Shown here in pieces: positions 43,114 to 57,042 of a DNA stretch of 64,000 nt. The notes beneath the pieces were generated by a model. It ran no database searches and was not told the origin of the DNA. It saw nothing but the letters and a program-made list of their open reading frames with translations. The DNA comes from Octopus vulgaris (Eukaryota): positions 66,712,001 through 66,776,000 of the forward strand of contig OX597819.1 in NCBI GenBank assembly GCA_951406725.2, read 5' to 3'. Position 1 is the first letter of the stretch. Every line of letters begins with the position of its first letter. The translations under genes and the position numbers were made by a program.

Positions 43114-43152
43114 AAGAAATTGAAAAGCTGAACGCGAAACCGGTTATTTCTT
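43114..43152 (+). ncRNA. Minimal hammerhead with U3-A8 core (pLTR copy 2)
   Basis: AAGAAA-TTGAAAA-GCTGAACGC-GAAA-CCGG-TT-ATTTCTT. Confidence 0.6.
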
Positions 43153-43312
43153 CTAAACTATGTCATTGTATGAAAAAAATTTATAACATTCTTCAGACAT
43201 ATTGACTCAAATATATATTTTTTAACCTTTTAAAACAAGCCTTCTGTAGTATTTTCACTTTTTACTATTTTCTATATATTCAACCACGTGCTTTCACACA
43301 CCAACTTTCTCA

Positions 43313-43360
<48 letters not shown>

Positions 43361-43675
43361 CATCCATACATGCATATATGTATTATATATATATGTAGGT
43401 ATATATGTGTATATATATATGCGTGTATTTGTGTGAATATTGCAACTGTCGCATATCCCTGATGTACTCTGGTCATTAAGACGTTATAAAACTGTCAGCA
43501 GTATGTAAGAGCACCTGCGCAGGTGACAAACGTTATTCTAGGGATAACATATACAACAGAAAACAAAAATCCTGAGGAATAAATATATGACATAATGTAA
43601 GAGGTAATTTTAACATAGAACTTTTGAACAACAATTCATCATCAATCACATGCAAGAGATATGAAATATACATAC

Positions 43676-43710
<35 letters not shown>

Positions 43711-43843
43711 TAAGTACACATATACGTATATATATATATACATGTGCGTGTGTGTGAGTGTATATGCATGTATATACAATTATATATATCTATATATATC
43801 TATATATATATATGTATATACATACATATATATATATATGTAT

Positions 43844-43907
<64 letters not shown>

Positions 43908-44017
43908 TTATATTTATCTCTATATATATTTGCGTGTGTTTGTGTATGTGTGTTTGCGCATGTGTGCATGTTGGTGGGTGTATATTCATATATGTATACA
44001 CATATTCTAAGGGATAG

Positions 44018-44082
<65 letters not shown>

Positions 44083-44959
44083 GAAAGAGGAAATGGAACG
44101 GTAATGATCAAGTTAAGATGTCTGACCATAAATGATGACAGATTATTTCGCTTTGAGCTTTAAGAAACAGGTACTATAATATCACCAAGTAAATAATTTG
44201 AATATTATATAATGTTATAATACATGTTTGAGAAAGAAGATTCAAGTTGAGCTGAGGCACAATACGGAACCCCTTATATAACATTAATTGAAAGCATGAT
44301 GGCACAAGTGATCTTATTGTTTCAATCAAGGCGACCGACATTAGCATTGAAACCAATGTGGATGCCCATATTAGGAATGTGATTACAAAATAGGTGAGGT
44401 AAATATTTAATCCATAATATAGCTTCAGCATTGATCATATTCTTTGTAGGGCAATCTCTGGCCGACACGGTGAGTTTTTTGCTTCTTAAACATTGCTTAT
44501 CTCAGAACAATATATTTAACTGTACTTTCAACATATACACTATAGTGGTGTTATAAAATACCGATTTATATCGAGGTAAATTTCACTCACTTATGCCTTC
44601 AGTGACCTCAATCAACGAAATCAAACTTCATTAGCTAGACATAGGCAGAATATAAACGAGAAACAAATCTACATAATAAAATATGCAGGGTCATACAGCT
44701 GAAAGTTTTCTGTGCAAACATTGCAGGAACTATTCCCGAAAAATATCCAGCATAGTTGTTATCATTTATTTGTTTAATGCATTGGATTGCGACCAAAGTA
44801 GACTCAATCTGGAAGTGTTTAGTGAATCTAGTCAATCCCATACATATTTGTTACAATCGAGATGCGTCTCTAATTTCTCTGTTGACAAGCTGCAACGTTA
44901 CCATGGCGTAAATAAACCAACAGGTTGTCAACAAGCGTAATGGGATACATACAAAGACC

Positions 44960-45333
44960 CCCATACGGTTACGACGACGAGGGTTCCGGTTGATCCGATC
45001 AACGGAACAGCCTGTTCGTGAAATTAACGTGTAAGTGGCTGAGCGCTCCACAGACACGAGTACCCTTAACATAGTTCTCGGGGATATTCAGCGTGACACA
45101 GAGAGTGACAAGGCCGGCCCTTTGAAATACAGGTACAACAGAAACAGGAAGTAAGAGTGAGAGAAAGATGTGGTGAAAGAGTACAGCAGGGATCACCACC
45201 ATCCCTGCCGGAGCCTCGTGGAGCTTTTAGGTGTTTTCGCTCAATAAACACTCACAACGCCCGGTCTGGGAATCGAAACCGCGATCCTACGACCGCGAGT
45301 CTGCTGCCCTAACCAATGGGCCATTGCGCCTCC
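44960..45333 (-). mobile_element. Full-length tRNA(Arg-like)-derived SINE nested in an older CORE-SINE (44850-44958 plus 45340-45520)
   Basis: Minus strand GGAGGCGCAATGGCCCATTGGTTAGGGCAGCAGACTCGCGGTCGTAGGATCGCGGTTTCGATTCC; flanks match consecutive parts of the 36645-37034 family. Confidence 0.85.
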
Positions 45334-46219
45334 ACCATACACATATACATATGTATATAGGGCATACTTTCACGCATGCTCTGTCTACCAAATTCACTCC
45401 AGGAGCATTGGTCGCTGTGTAACTATAATAAAAGTTATTCACTGAAGGTACTGCGCTGTGGGACTGAACGCAAAACGGACTGTTCTAAAGCTAGTTTCTT
45501 AACCACACGGCCATGCCTGTTCTCACTCAACAAAATTACTGAAATAACTCTGTAAATATTTCAATCATTAGAACTAAAATATTACAAACTTCGTGACACC
45601 ACTAATAAACAACTGTTACACAGCCGAGAATTTAGTCTGTATACTGTGGACCATCTTTACATATCAGTGCCTTTTGCTTCCGTCAGCTTAGTGTCACAAC
45701 TTCTGTACATCCAAAAATATATATGTATGTAGCTTGAACAAAAGATTGAACTATTAAATTATCCGCATACCATGCTAGTTTAGCGCATAATCATAATCTA
45801 CATCAAGTAAAACTAATCCTGTAACCAACGTATAAACGAAGCTAAGACATTTGCACAAACATTGTACTTTATCCGCGTGTGAAACGTAAGCGCATGCAGA
45901 CTATTGTGTAGATGAGACGAGAATCTGTTTACATATATGTATGTGTACCTTTTCGATATATGTTTGCAGGTGGTTTTAGATATTCATATTTTATTTATAC
46001 GTGTGTCAGACATACGTTTTTCTAGCTTATGTTTATATTTATGTTTGCTTATTCAAACTATTTTCTCTAAATTACATTTAGTTTGTGACTTATATTTTTT
46101 CTATATTGTCAAGTATATGTTTCTAATGTACAATATATATCTGCAAGTATACATATAGATATGCATCTATTTGTATTATAAGTGTTCCTCTGCAATCATA
46201 ATTACACAAATGTATGTAA

Positions 46220-46279
<60 letters not shown>

Positions 46280-46483
46280 AAATGTGACCTCGTGTGTACC
46301 TTTGGCGATTTTTTCCCTCTGTCTTCCCTTCTCTGGATCTTTCCTTCTCCTATGTTTCCGACGAAGAGCTCCGCTCGAAACGTTAAAAACTCCTTCTTTC
46401 CTTCTTTCCTAAGCGTCCAATAATACTATATTTGTTCCACGTCCTTTGTTTTTTGCTTTTTTTGTGCTTTCTTGTTTGGATTA

Positions 46484-46487
<4 letters not shown>
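46280..46487 (+). mobile_element. Family A TA-flanked HHR element (motif 46354-46388)
   Basis: GTTT-CCGACGA-A-GAGC-tcc-GCTC-GAAA-CG-TT-AAAA; between (TA)n tracts. Confidence 0.8.
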
Positions 46488-46531
<44 letters not shown>

Positions 46532-46633
46532 CAAATATATTCAATGAGAATACAATATACAGTATTTTTAATAGGTGTTCTTGGTAGGAAACTGTCTAAA
46601 ACAGTAAAGGTATTTAGACATGTAATAAGAGCG

Positions 46634-46698
<65 letters not shown>

Positions 46699-47279
46699 CT
46701 GTGTCTATATATGTATATATATACATTGCTCATATATGTATATACGCATGTATATACAGATATATATATATATATCTATATAAAGATATATATATATATG
46801 TGTATGTATGTGTGTATATATGTGTGTATATATATGTGTGTGTGTGTGTTTGAGTATGCATGTATACGTAAATTTCGAACAATCAGAAAAAGTGGTCAAT
46901 ACCGCATTGGTGGATAAATATTCTTTATCTGTAGACTGAGCAGTGTTCCGTCGGTTTCATGCCGAGGGAAATGTCTCCCAACAATTATCAAGCCTGTCAT
47001 ATGGGACGTTGGTGTCCGTCTCCAACATGGAGCGCGTCTGTGCGTGCGTGCGCGTGTAGTGTTTGCTTGTGTGTTTTTGTGTGTATGTATTAAAACAACT
47101 GTGGTCCTGTCGATAACAAAGGAAGCAGTGCAGATTTAGAAGAAATTAGAAGCTTATTTCTCTGGGAATTAGAAGCTTGTTTTTCTAGGAATAAGAAGCT
47201 TAATTCTCTGACCTCAGAACGTATACGGAAGAGATTGATGAGGGAATGTAATCTCGGTCATTGCTGAAATTAGCTTGTT

Positions 47280-48060
47280 CACAGGGATGCAGCTGGGCTT
47301 TTCTCGGGGATTAGATGCCGCATCCAGCTTCTGCATCATTATTGCTATGTAATGAGAAGAGATTTCAACCACTCAAATGTGGATATGATATATCTTGACT
47401 TTGGTAAGGCATTTGACAAGGATGGTGATGGGACGATACGACAAAAACTACGTGACCTTTAAATCATTGAAAGATCAAGAAAGTAGAAGCATAAGTTGTA
47501 AAAAGGCGGGGGTCAGTCAGTTACAGCCCTTGGTGGCCTCTCTAAGAAGACATCAATACTCAACAGAGTCCCTCAGGGAACTCTACTGGGACCACTAGTG
47601 TTGGTGATAGCTCTGTTAGATATATATTCGGCTATAATTTCAAGCCATTCTCACCAGCGATGCTGACGACACAAAAGTATCGTAAGCAATAAAGGACCCT
47701 GATGCACCATACAATTCCAGAATTACCTAAAAACAATTTACAAATGGGTTGGGAAAAACATGCAATTCAGTGCTGGGATATTTCAAGCACTCTACTATCG
47801 CAATAGAGATTGATTGCAATAGGCATACACTATACCAAAGTAAAAGTGATGCGTGATGTGGAAAGCCACAAGAGCATTGATATATCATCCCATGTGCATA
47901 TTGTTAATATGGCAACACTGCGCAGTCGAGCGGCCTGCTGAATACAGAGATCACTGCGAAGCAGGAATACAAGGTACCAGGCAACTCCTATGAAGAATAT
48001 TAGTCCTAAGCCGCCTAGATAGTGTGAGAACACTGTAATATAACAGGTAATATAACGGTA
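47280..48060 (+). mobile_element. CR1/Jockey-group LINE reverse transcriptase relic
   Basis: NVDMIYLDFGKAFDK, VPQGTLLGPLVL, DADDTK (YADD), YLKTIYKW..NMQF in order, with frameshifts. Confidence 0.85.
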
Positions 48061-48249
48061 AATATAACCCGGACAAAAATACTCTTCGTTCCGCGTGATG
48101 TATGTATAGATACTTCGAAACATACTTGGGAGGATATACACAGAAGAGTGGGTCTGTCAAATCCGCTACTAAAGGAGATACATTCCATAAATGTGAAAAA
48201 TGCGAAATGAGAAAAACCTGTCACATACAGACAGTCCCGCAGCCACAGG

Positions 48250-48328
<79 letters not shown>

Positions 48329-48372
48329 GATTTATCTACGTACGTACGTATGTATGTATGTATGTATGTATG

Positions 48373-48420
<48 letters not shown>

Positions 48421-48489
48421 CATACATACATATATATATATATACATATATATCTGTTTATGTATATTTCTATCTATTCATCAATATAT

Positions 48490-48523
<34 letters not shown>

Positions 48524-49249
48524 AAATATATAATACATGCATACGCATAATTACAAGTATGTATGCAAATATAAAACTATTTCATATAGGTATGTATATG
48601 TGTGTGTGTATCTATGAGAGTGTTTGTATATTTATGTGTTACTGGATACTTGCGATACTGTATGGTTTTGTGTACAAGGATCCCTCGTGTTTACTCCATT
48701 ATTCCATTATGAAATCGATACGGTCAACGCTCGATCATTAATATCAGATTATAGAAAATGCAAAGAAAGAATTTATATATCGCAGAAAAAAAAATAAGAG
48801 AAAAATTACAATATGCGATTATGTCATGAATCTCTCACTAGGAAATGGATATATAAAATATCACGGAATACAAAAATATTTAAAAAAATTCTCTAAAAAA
48901 ACCCAGACATTACACATGGATGAAAAATGAATGGGAGAAGGAAAGAGGGAAAGAAAGGAAGAAAATAATGAAATGAACTAAAAGGTAATATTACTATTGA
49001 GTCAAGTATACATATTGTAGAGGGTCCCATTCAATGGATGCGATATGGAAAACGATATGCCTATATTTGGTAATTACCTTTATATACATATACCTCACAT
49101 TACATATATATACACATACATAATTGCATTTGCAGGTATGCACTCACGAGCATGTTTGTATGTGTACATTCATATATGTAACATTTGTATATATATATAT
49201 ATATATATATATGATACGTATATGTTTGTACGTATATACACATATATGC

Positions 49250-49303
<54 letters not shown>

Positions 49304-49336
49304 CGTATATGTTTGTACGTATATACACATATATGC

Positions 49337-49389
<53 letters not shown>

Positions 49390-50089
49390 CATATACCCAT
49401 AAGTATATATACAGGCACACATAGAAACATATATATATTTTCGGAATAGAGTAGGTAAAATCCAGGCCACATATGTATCCTAGGTAACAGAGCCTAGGTA
49501 GGGAAAAATATTACAAACTTTTACGTCAATGATTTATTATTTTTCCTGAAAGTTTTCTTTTATACTCCTTTTATCGATCCTCGTTGCAGTTCATTTATTT
49601 TTGTTCAGCGTTTTGTAGTCGTCTTAGTGGGTCTCTGTGTGAAAAAATACCATTCGTAGCGGACGTTTTCTCGACATCGTTCACATGCGCCTGACTCGAG
49701 CTCAGAAGTTATGGCCCGAGTTGTCATCTATAACCGTAAAAAATTAAAAGTAATTCAAATTCAATGTTTTCTTGAAACAAGAAATTTCTAAAGAGATTAT
49801 GATTGAATTTCCAATCTATGAAAATGTCGGTGCTACAATGTTCTTAAAGGAAGGAAAGATCATCCAGCAACTCGGGTTGATACGAATGAGCCTGGTAGGT
49901 GTAAAAGACTAACTGGCATCTCTTCTCAAGTCTACATGCAACAGTCAGATGGCTGATGTTAATTGTGAACTCTGCTGTCAATATTTTATTGCTGTTATTC
50001 TGTGTGTCTGTGTGTAAAGATCAGTTGTGTTTTGCAGGGTTGCTTTATTTTTACCCATAACTTAGAAATGGAGAAAAACTTAGTATTAA

Positions 50090-50545
50090 ATACAAACTGT
50101 TGTCCTTAAATGCCCGTAGTTTATGCAACAAAGTACCTCTTTATTATTCTTATGTCAAAAGTATCCACCCAGATTTCATCACAGTCACGGAAACATGGGC
50201 ACATTCTGCACTCTGCGATGGGGTTTTCAGCATAGCCGGCTATAACCTGTTTCGCAAATACCGTATTAATCGCCGTGGTGGGGGTTTGATGGTCTACGAT
50301 CGTTCAAATCTGTCGGCATTTCCTTGTGGTGATTTGAACTAATCTCAACAGGAAGTATTTTTCTGCAATATACACATGACCATGTCAACACTTCTACTTG
50401 GAGTTGATTACCGCCCTCCAAATTATCAACATCAAATTATCATCAAAACACACAATGTTTTGATATCCTCAGAGTTGCTGTTATGAAAACAGCCACTTAT
50501 GTTTATATTGCGGGGGACTTCAATTTCCCTGAGATTGACTAGGAG
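50090..50545 (+). mobile_element. CR1-type LINE AP-endonuclease relic
   Basis: SLNARSLCNK, DFITVTETW, GYNLFRK.R..RRGGGL, GVDYRPP, IAGDFNFPEID. Confidence 0.9.
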
Positions 50546-50599
50546 GCCGGTCAGTAAATAGAGACTAGGACATTGCTTAGAAAATACTTTTCATTTTTA

Positions 50600-50680
50600 A
50601 CCTCGTATATATTACGCACAAGGAATTTTGACCTTTAAATTTTGGGGGAAAATGCGGATTATACTCGAGGATTTACGGTA
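50600..50680. mobile_element. Single terminus of a Tc1/mariner (pogo/Tigger-like) DNA transposon
   Basis: ...gcggattatactcgaggatttacgg-TA resembles pogo/Tigger TIRs ending at a TA target; no partner end found. Confidence 0.5.
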
Positions 50681-51189
50681 ATTATTTGTATAAAGTAAAA
50701 CATGAATGGTGGCTGATGTCGACAATTAGATTTCGTGTATCCGCTTGTATGATTTAATTTATCTTATCAGAGACAAGCGCAAACTGAACACCGATCTCTC
50801 ATTAAGTGTAAAAATTTCGTTTAATATATTCTCTAATTTCTGAATAACTTTTTTTAATTTCTACATTACCATTTTTCTGAAATTCTCCAAAATGTTTTCC
50901 ACTCGGCAGTACTGGATCCTTTGAAAAGAAACATAGATACGTATGTAAATATCTAGTTACCTGACATATGTTTCACGAATGAAAAATGTTGGCCTTTTTA
51001 ATGTGGAATATGATCGCATTTAGCAGATGACTTTCTACCGATCAACTCTTGTAAAGTGTAAAATTTTAGGACACGTTACATTATTTGATTATCATTAAGA
51101 CGTTTCTTGTTTTGGCATATAATGAACGCTTCTCGTCATGACAAAAGCCTTTATCCTTCATCCACACGCAAGCTATATCGAAATAATGC

Positions 51190-51297
51190 GAATATTTGTC
51201 CTCATCTTGTTTGTTGTTAACACAAGGTTTCGGATGAATTCGTCAAATGCAAATAATGTAAATAATGTACATAATTTCTCATCTCTTAAATATAGAA
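51190..51297. mobile_element. Rearranged (inverted-join) fragment of the 62108 HHR element
   Basis: 51190-51236 matches 62170-62217 directly; 51241-51297 matches the reverse complement of 62106-62170. Confidence 0.75.
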
Positions 51298-51861
51298 ATG
51301 TAAGACCAACGACATTTTAAAACATCACAAAAACGAAATTTTACTGCCCTTGCATGATATATATAGAACTATATTTATACTATTAACATGAATATTTGAT
51401 GAGGGCCAGAATTCCTTCTAGAATTGGTCTGTGGGTGTATATTGTTCGGTCCTGAGGCTGTTAATTTTTTGCTTTTATCTTTGTCAGAAATACATATGGA
51501 AAGAAACAGGTATTTCTTTTCGACTAAGTCAATGTTCTTTATGCTAATTTTGTGATTTTGTCTCTCTTCATTAACACTTATTTTGAACGATATCGAGTTT
51601 TCAAAATCTCGCTCACCAAATAATATTATCTATTAAAATTATATCATAGATGATCTTTGATCTAGCTACCAATTTATTTATGTAAATTCATAAAGCAATC
51701 TGCATAGTTTATGATGTCTGCCTATTTTATGCACATTTATACAAATGACGAACGCTAAGTGAAACATGGAAGTTTTGATGACGTATCAGATGACATTTCT
51801 GGGGCTTGATTGTTAGCATCCAAGGTAGGAAAACGATTTCTTACCATTGTTAAAATATTTG

Positions 51862-52035
51862 TTTCAAATTTTGGCACAAGCCCAGCATGCTCGGGGCAAG
51901 TTTTCCGCTTGTACTTACTTTACTGCCCGCTAAAGGAGTCAATCATGGCGGAATTTGAACTCTGAACGTAAAGCCGGACGAAATGCTACTAAGCTTGATG
52001 TCCAAAGTACTTACGAATCTGTCAGCTCACTGCCT
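51862..52035 (-). mobile_element. Degenerate SINE (family of 5266-5654)
   Basis: ggcggaatttgaactctgaacgtaaagccggacgaaatgc. Confidence 0.7.
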
Positions 52036-52559
52036 TCCCCATTCTTAGAATATTGACTGCTCAAACAGACATAAACACCACATAGACTGCTCAAACAGAC
52101 ATAAACCCACATAGACACCACAAACAATGAGAATACTAACATGTAGACAGGTCAATGTATGGCTATGAATATTGTGTGAGTTCAAATAGTTCAGTCGCAA
52201 TATAGCTTTGAAAGAGACAGACAGACAGACAGAAAGAAAGAGAAAGTAGCCTCTCCGAATTCGATTTTCCCTCACCGACGCATTTTTATATTTTTGTATT
52301 GTTTGAAAATGTATAATTCGGGTAATTCGAAATCTGGCAAATGCAATTATGAAACTCAGCGAATACCACAGACGCTTACTTACAACAATTGATTACAATG
52401 TGTCTTTGGAACGCAATTGCAATATATTTCCGGAAATGGAAGTCTGAATCAACATCCATTAACCAGCAGAGTAAGATTAGTAGACCAACGCCTCATATTT
52501 TCTGTTTACTTGAAAATCTTTGATGCAATCTTCGTACATAAAACGTCGAGTAGCCAAAC

Positions 52560-52574
52560 GTTTCCCTAGGCAAC
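52560..52574. promoter_or_regulatory. RFX X-box motif
   Basis: GTTTCC-CTA-GGCAAC fits the GTHNYY-N(0-3)-RRNAAC consensus; lies in repeat-free, relatively CpG-rich DNA with an ETS-like CCGGAA at about 52430. Confidence 0.45.
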
Positions 52575-53209
52575 CATAAGACAGCGAGCACAATTTCACT
52601 TCACAGGGAAACGTGGTCATGTGTCTCTACCACCTTACATACAAATGTATTACGACGAACAGCGGGGGAGAAAATGCACAGAGCAAACTACAGAGGCGTC
52701 TGTTTGATGGACTCTCTGTAATTCGAAAAGGCGGTATTGATATACAAAGCGTTACGCTGATCTTGTCTAAGATTTATAGAGAAGATAGAAGACAAACTGT
52801 TACAGCATTATATGCTGCGGAGGTTGGTTCGTTGATTGAGCGACTGGATTTACTCATGGTCGAAACAAACGCGTGATTCGTTTATTTACTTTGTGTGTAA
52901 AGCATTTTCTTTCATTCGTGTAACTTAAAAGCACGGTCATGTCTTGTTTTGCATCATCTTTTATTTTCCTCTCTTTTTTTCGTCGTATTTATACAAAATT
53001 CTGTAGTCGTTCCAGTAAATCTACATAGAGTAAAAGGGTCAGCTAACGGAGGCGGTATTTAGATCCATTTTATATGAATGACATTGGTTGACATTGACAA
53101 ATAATCTCATCTAGGATCAATGAACGCAAAGAGAAAGAATTGAATAAAAGAATGAAACAGTAACAAAACAAAAGAGCAGAAGGGCGAAAGCCGAGTATAA
53201 TGGAAGAGG

Positions 53210-53245
<36 letters not shown>

Positions 53246-53489
53246 AAGAAAGAGAGAGAGAGAAAGAGAGAGGCTGTAGCTAATAGATTAGAGAATGCGC
53301 CAGAATGTATGGAGAAGGGAGAAAAAAGAGGAGACATTGATTTCGACTAACTCTTGAACGGATGGGAGCAGAATTAGTAGAAAGATAAAAATAAAAAGAC
53401 TGGAAAGAATATAGAAAGCAGCAGAGTGAGCTGTAGAGTTAGCGGTAAGATATATATACAAGGAAATGGAGATAACGTGTTAGTATGAG

Positions 53490-53548
<59 letters not shown>

Positions 53549-53715
53549 AACGGACGGGTAGAGGACTTCTGCAATTTGGAATGTGAGAAAACATGAAATA
53601 GTGAAAATACGAAGGTTAATATAAGTAGGTCTATATTATAATGTGGGTAGCAGCATAATATATAGACAGACAGATTGGAATTTAGACAGACAGACTGACA
53701 GACAGACAGGCAGAT

Positions 53716-53768
<53 letters not shown>

Positions 53769-53773
53769 CACAC

Positions 53774-53852
<79 letters not shown>

Positions 53853-53863
53853 TAGATAGATAT

Positions 53864-53916
<53 letters not shown>

Positions 53917-53921
53917 CAGAC

Positions 53922-54035
<114 letters not shown>

Positions 54036-54183
54036 AGGAGGGAGATATTGAGAAGGGGATCGATATTTTGGTTGTAACAGGATTACGGAAATGCAGAGAA
54101 TATTATATACAAGACAAAAGAGAAAAGGAGTAAATATTTACAAATGTCAGTGATGTGTGCGCGTGCCCGTGCGTGTGTGTGTA

Positions 54184-54239
<56 letters not shown>

Positions 54240-54740
54240 TGAATGAGACAGAAGAGAGAGTGATTAGGGTAGATGCCATTAGAGGAAGAGAAGAGAAATA
54301 GAATTGTGTGTGCATGTGAGTGTTTCAATGTAGTCGAGAGTAAATATGAAATCAGTTGTTACAAACACTGAAAAATAGGAGATGCGAATGAAATAATAAC
54401 AAGGAGGTGGTAATACAAGAAGAACAAAAAAAGTTATATCTGGGGGTTGGGAAATGAAGAATCTCTAATGAATGTAAAGGACAAAGGAAAGATGGGGAAA
54501 ATGCGCAAATAGGAGAGAACATGAGAGATATGAAATGTTAGCGGTGGGAAGATAAGAAGACAAAACTGGGTGAGTATATTCGGTTAGAGATGGAAAGCAA
54601 AGAGAAAACAGAATAAGAAAAATCGTTTGATAATAGATAATAGGAAGAACAGGAAATAAACAGAGAGTATGACAAAGAGATTAAATCATATATATATATA
54701 TATATATGTATATCTCTCTATATATATACATATATGTATG

Positions 54741-54785
<45 letters not shown>

Positions 54786-54959
54786 TTTCGACATGTGACA
54801 TGTGGTACTCGTTGCACCTGCACAGGTAATGTTGATGTGATGGAGGGAGTTAGGTTATGTGTACACAAATATTCGATCACTATAAACGAATCATGTGTGT
54901 GGCTGTTAGGTAAGAAATTGTCCAACACTCGTACGTCGTCTAACGACGAGACAGTCCAT

Positions 54960-55740
<781 letters not shown>

Positions 55741-55942
55741 TATATTATTATATGACTGAACACCACTCACCCCCTTTCAAGAATATATATGTATGTACAT
55801 ACTTATAAGCGATCACGGTGTATTGACTAAAGAAAATAGTCTTATATTAGTACCTAGTCTAATATCGACGGAAAAAAGTGGGTTTTCCTTAAGCGTAGGA
55901 CTCGAGGTCATACCTCTATATATTCGCGATATATGCATCATT

Positions 55943-56710
55943 GTTACCACTAACCTGAGAGCTCAGCTACACAGAGACAAAATGTCCGCAAAATTTGCAC
56001 AGGACATTTTGATACTTGTTGATGGCAAAGTGCCTCTTGACGCTGCATGAGAAATGGAAGTGAGGCAATTGTCTGTGTCGTTAATTCTGTGGATGAGTTC
56101 AAACACAAAGTATTTCCCAACTTCACAGAAAACTACCGAAATCACAATTGGCTGTGTGCAAAAGCAATATTAGCTCCAAAAAATGTCGCTGTTAAAAAAA
56201 ATAAATCAACTGCTAATGCATTCTCTTCCAGGCACTCCCCAAACTTACAAGTCTGTTGATACAATTCCAGATAAAAATGAAGTGGTGAACTATCCTCCTG
56301 AATTTCTCAATTCACTGGATCCTCCTGCACTACGTCCCCACATATTAGCACTTTCAGCTGGAACTCATGTAATGCTACTCCGCAATATGTAACCACCAAT
56401 ACTTTGTAATGGGACACGACTGATGATAAAGGAAATTATATCAAAGTTTATCGAGGCTATCAATCTTTCTGGATGTGGAAAAATGATGACGTCTTCATTC
56501 CAAGAATTCCTCTTACTCCATCAGAAGCAGAAATCCCATTTACGTTGAGAAAACTGCAATTCCCCCTTCGTGTCAGTTTTGCCATGTCCATTAACAAATC
56601 TCACCCTCTCTGTGACTGGCCTTCTCTTGGAAGAGTCCTGATTCTCGCATGGACAACTTTATGTTGGCTGTTAAAGAGAGGGAAGAAATTTATATCATTA
56701 TATCATCGAA
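55943..56710 (+). mobile_element. Helitron RepHel PIF1-like helicase C-terminal pseudogene
   Basis: [71 protein letters not shown] with stops and frameshifts. Confidence 0.92.
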
Positions 56711-56834
56711 CGCCACGCATCCATTTCCAAGTAAGTTTTATCCTAATAATTCTAATGTGCCCTCTACAACTATCTCTATTTTCCATTTACTATTCTTCCT
56801 TCTTTCTGTTTTTCTTCTCCTCCTCCTCCGTATT

Positions 56835-56872
<38 letters not shown>

Positions 56873-57042
56873 CCTCCTCCTTGACTCTCTCATTGCTCAC
56901 ACGTGACCAGCGGCTATCTTCCTATTTCCTCTTACTTTACAAGACACGCTTTTGCCTGTCTCCTGTCAAAGCTCGTTTCTCCAGCGTTCACCACTTCACC
57001 TCGTTATGACTGAACAGCCCTTACCGTTTGCTTTCACTCTTA

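Larger units (their letters stand above)
41978..43315. mobile_element. Neptune-type Penelope-like element with inverted terminal arms
   Basis: Minus 42730 to about 42260 reads QPKSLKKFLTKAK..KKCGRPNCATC../NFTCASENIIYVIKCSACHQDYVGSTG..LHRQQI..EHIEKC..KETFFIKKYKPKLN (Cys linker plus GIY-YIG; 2 stops, 1 frameshift). 42859-43270 is an inverted copy of 41978-42391. Both outer ends run into (TA)n. Confidence 0.9.

Noticed and set aside
46945-46995. Minus-strand TTGATAA...GAAAC with a long stem II
   Set aside because: No stem I or III, and the segment also resembles the SINE tail at about 44965; ambiguous.
49214-52115. Small tandem duplications (49214/49301 about 87-bp period; 52055/52085 30-bp; also 280/315)
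   Set aside because: Two-copy slippage duplications with no repeat-spacer structure; not CRISPR-like.
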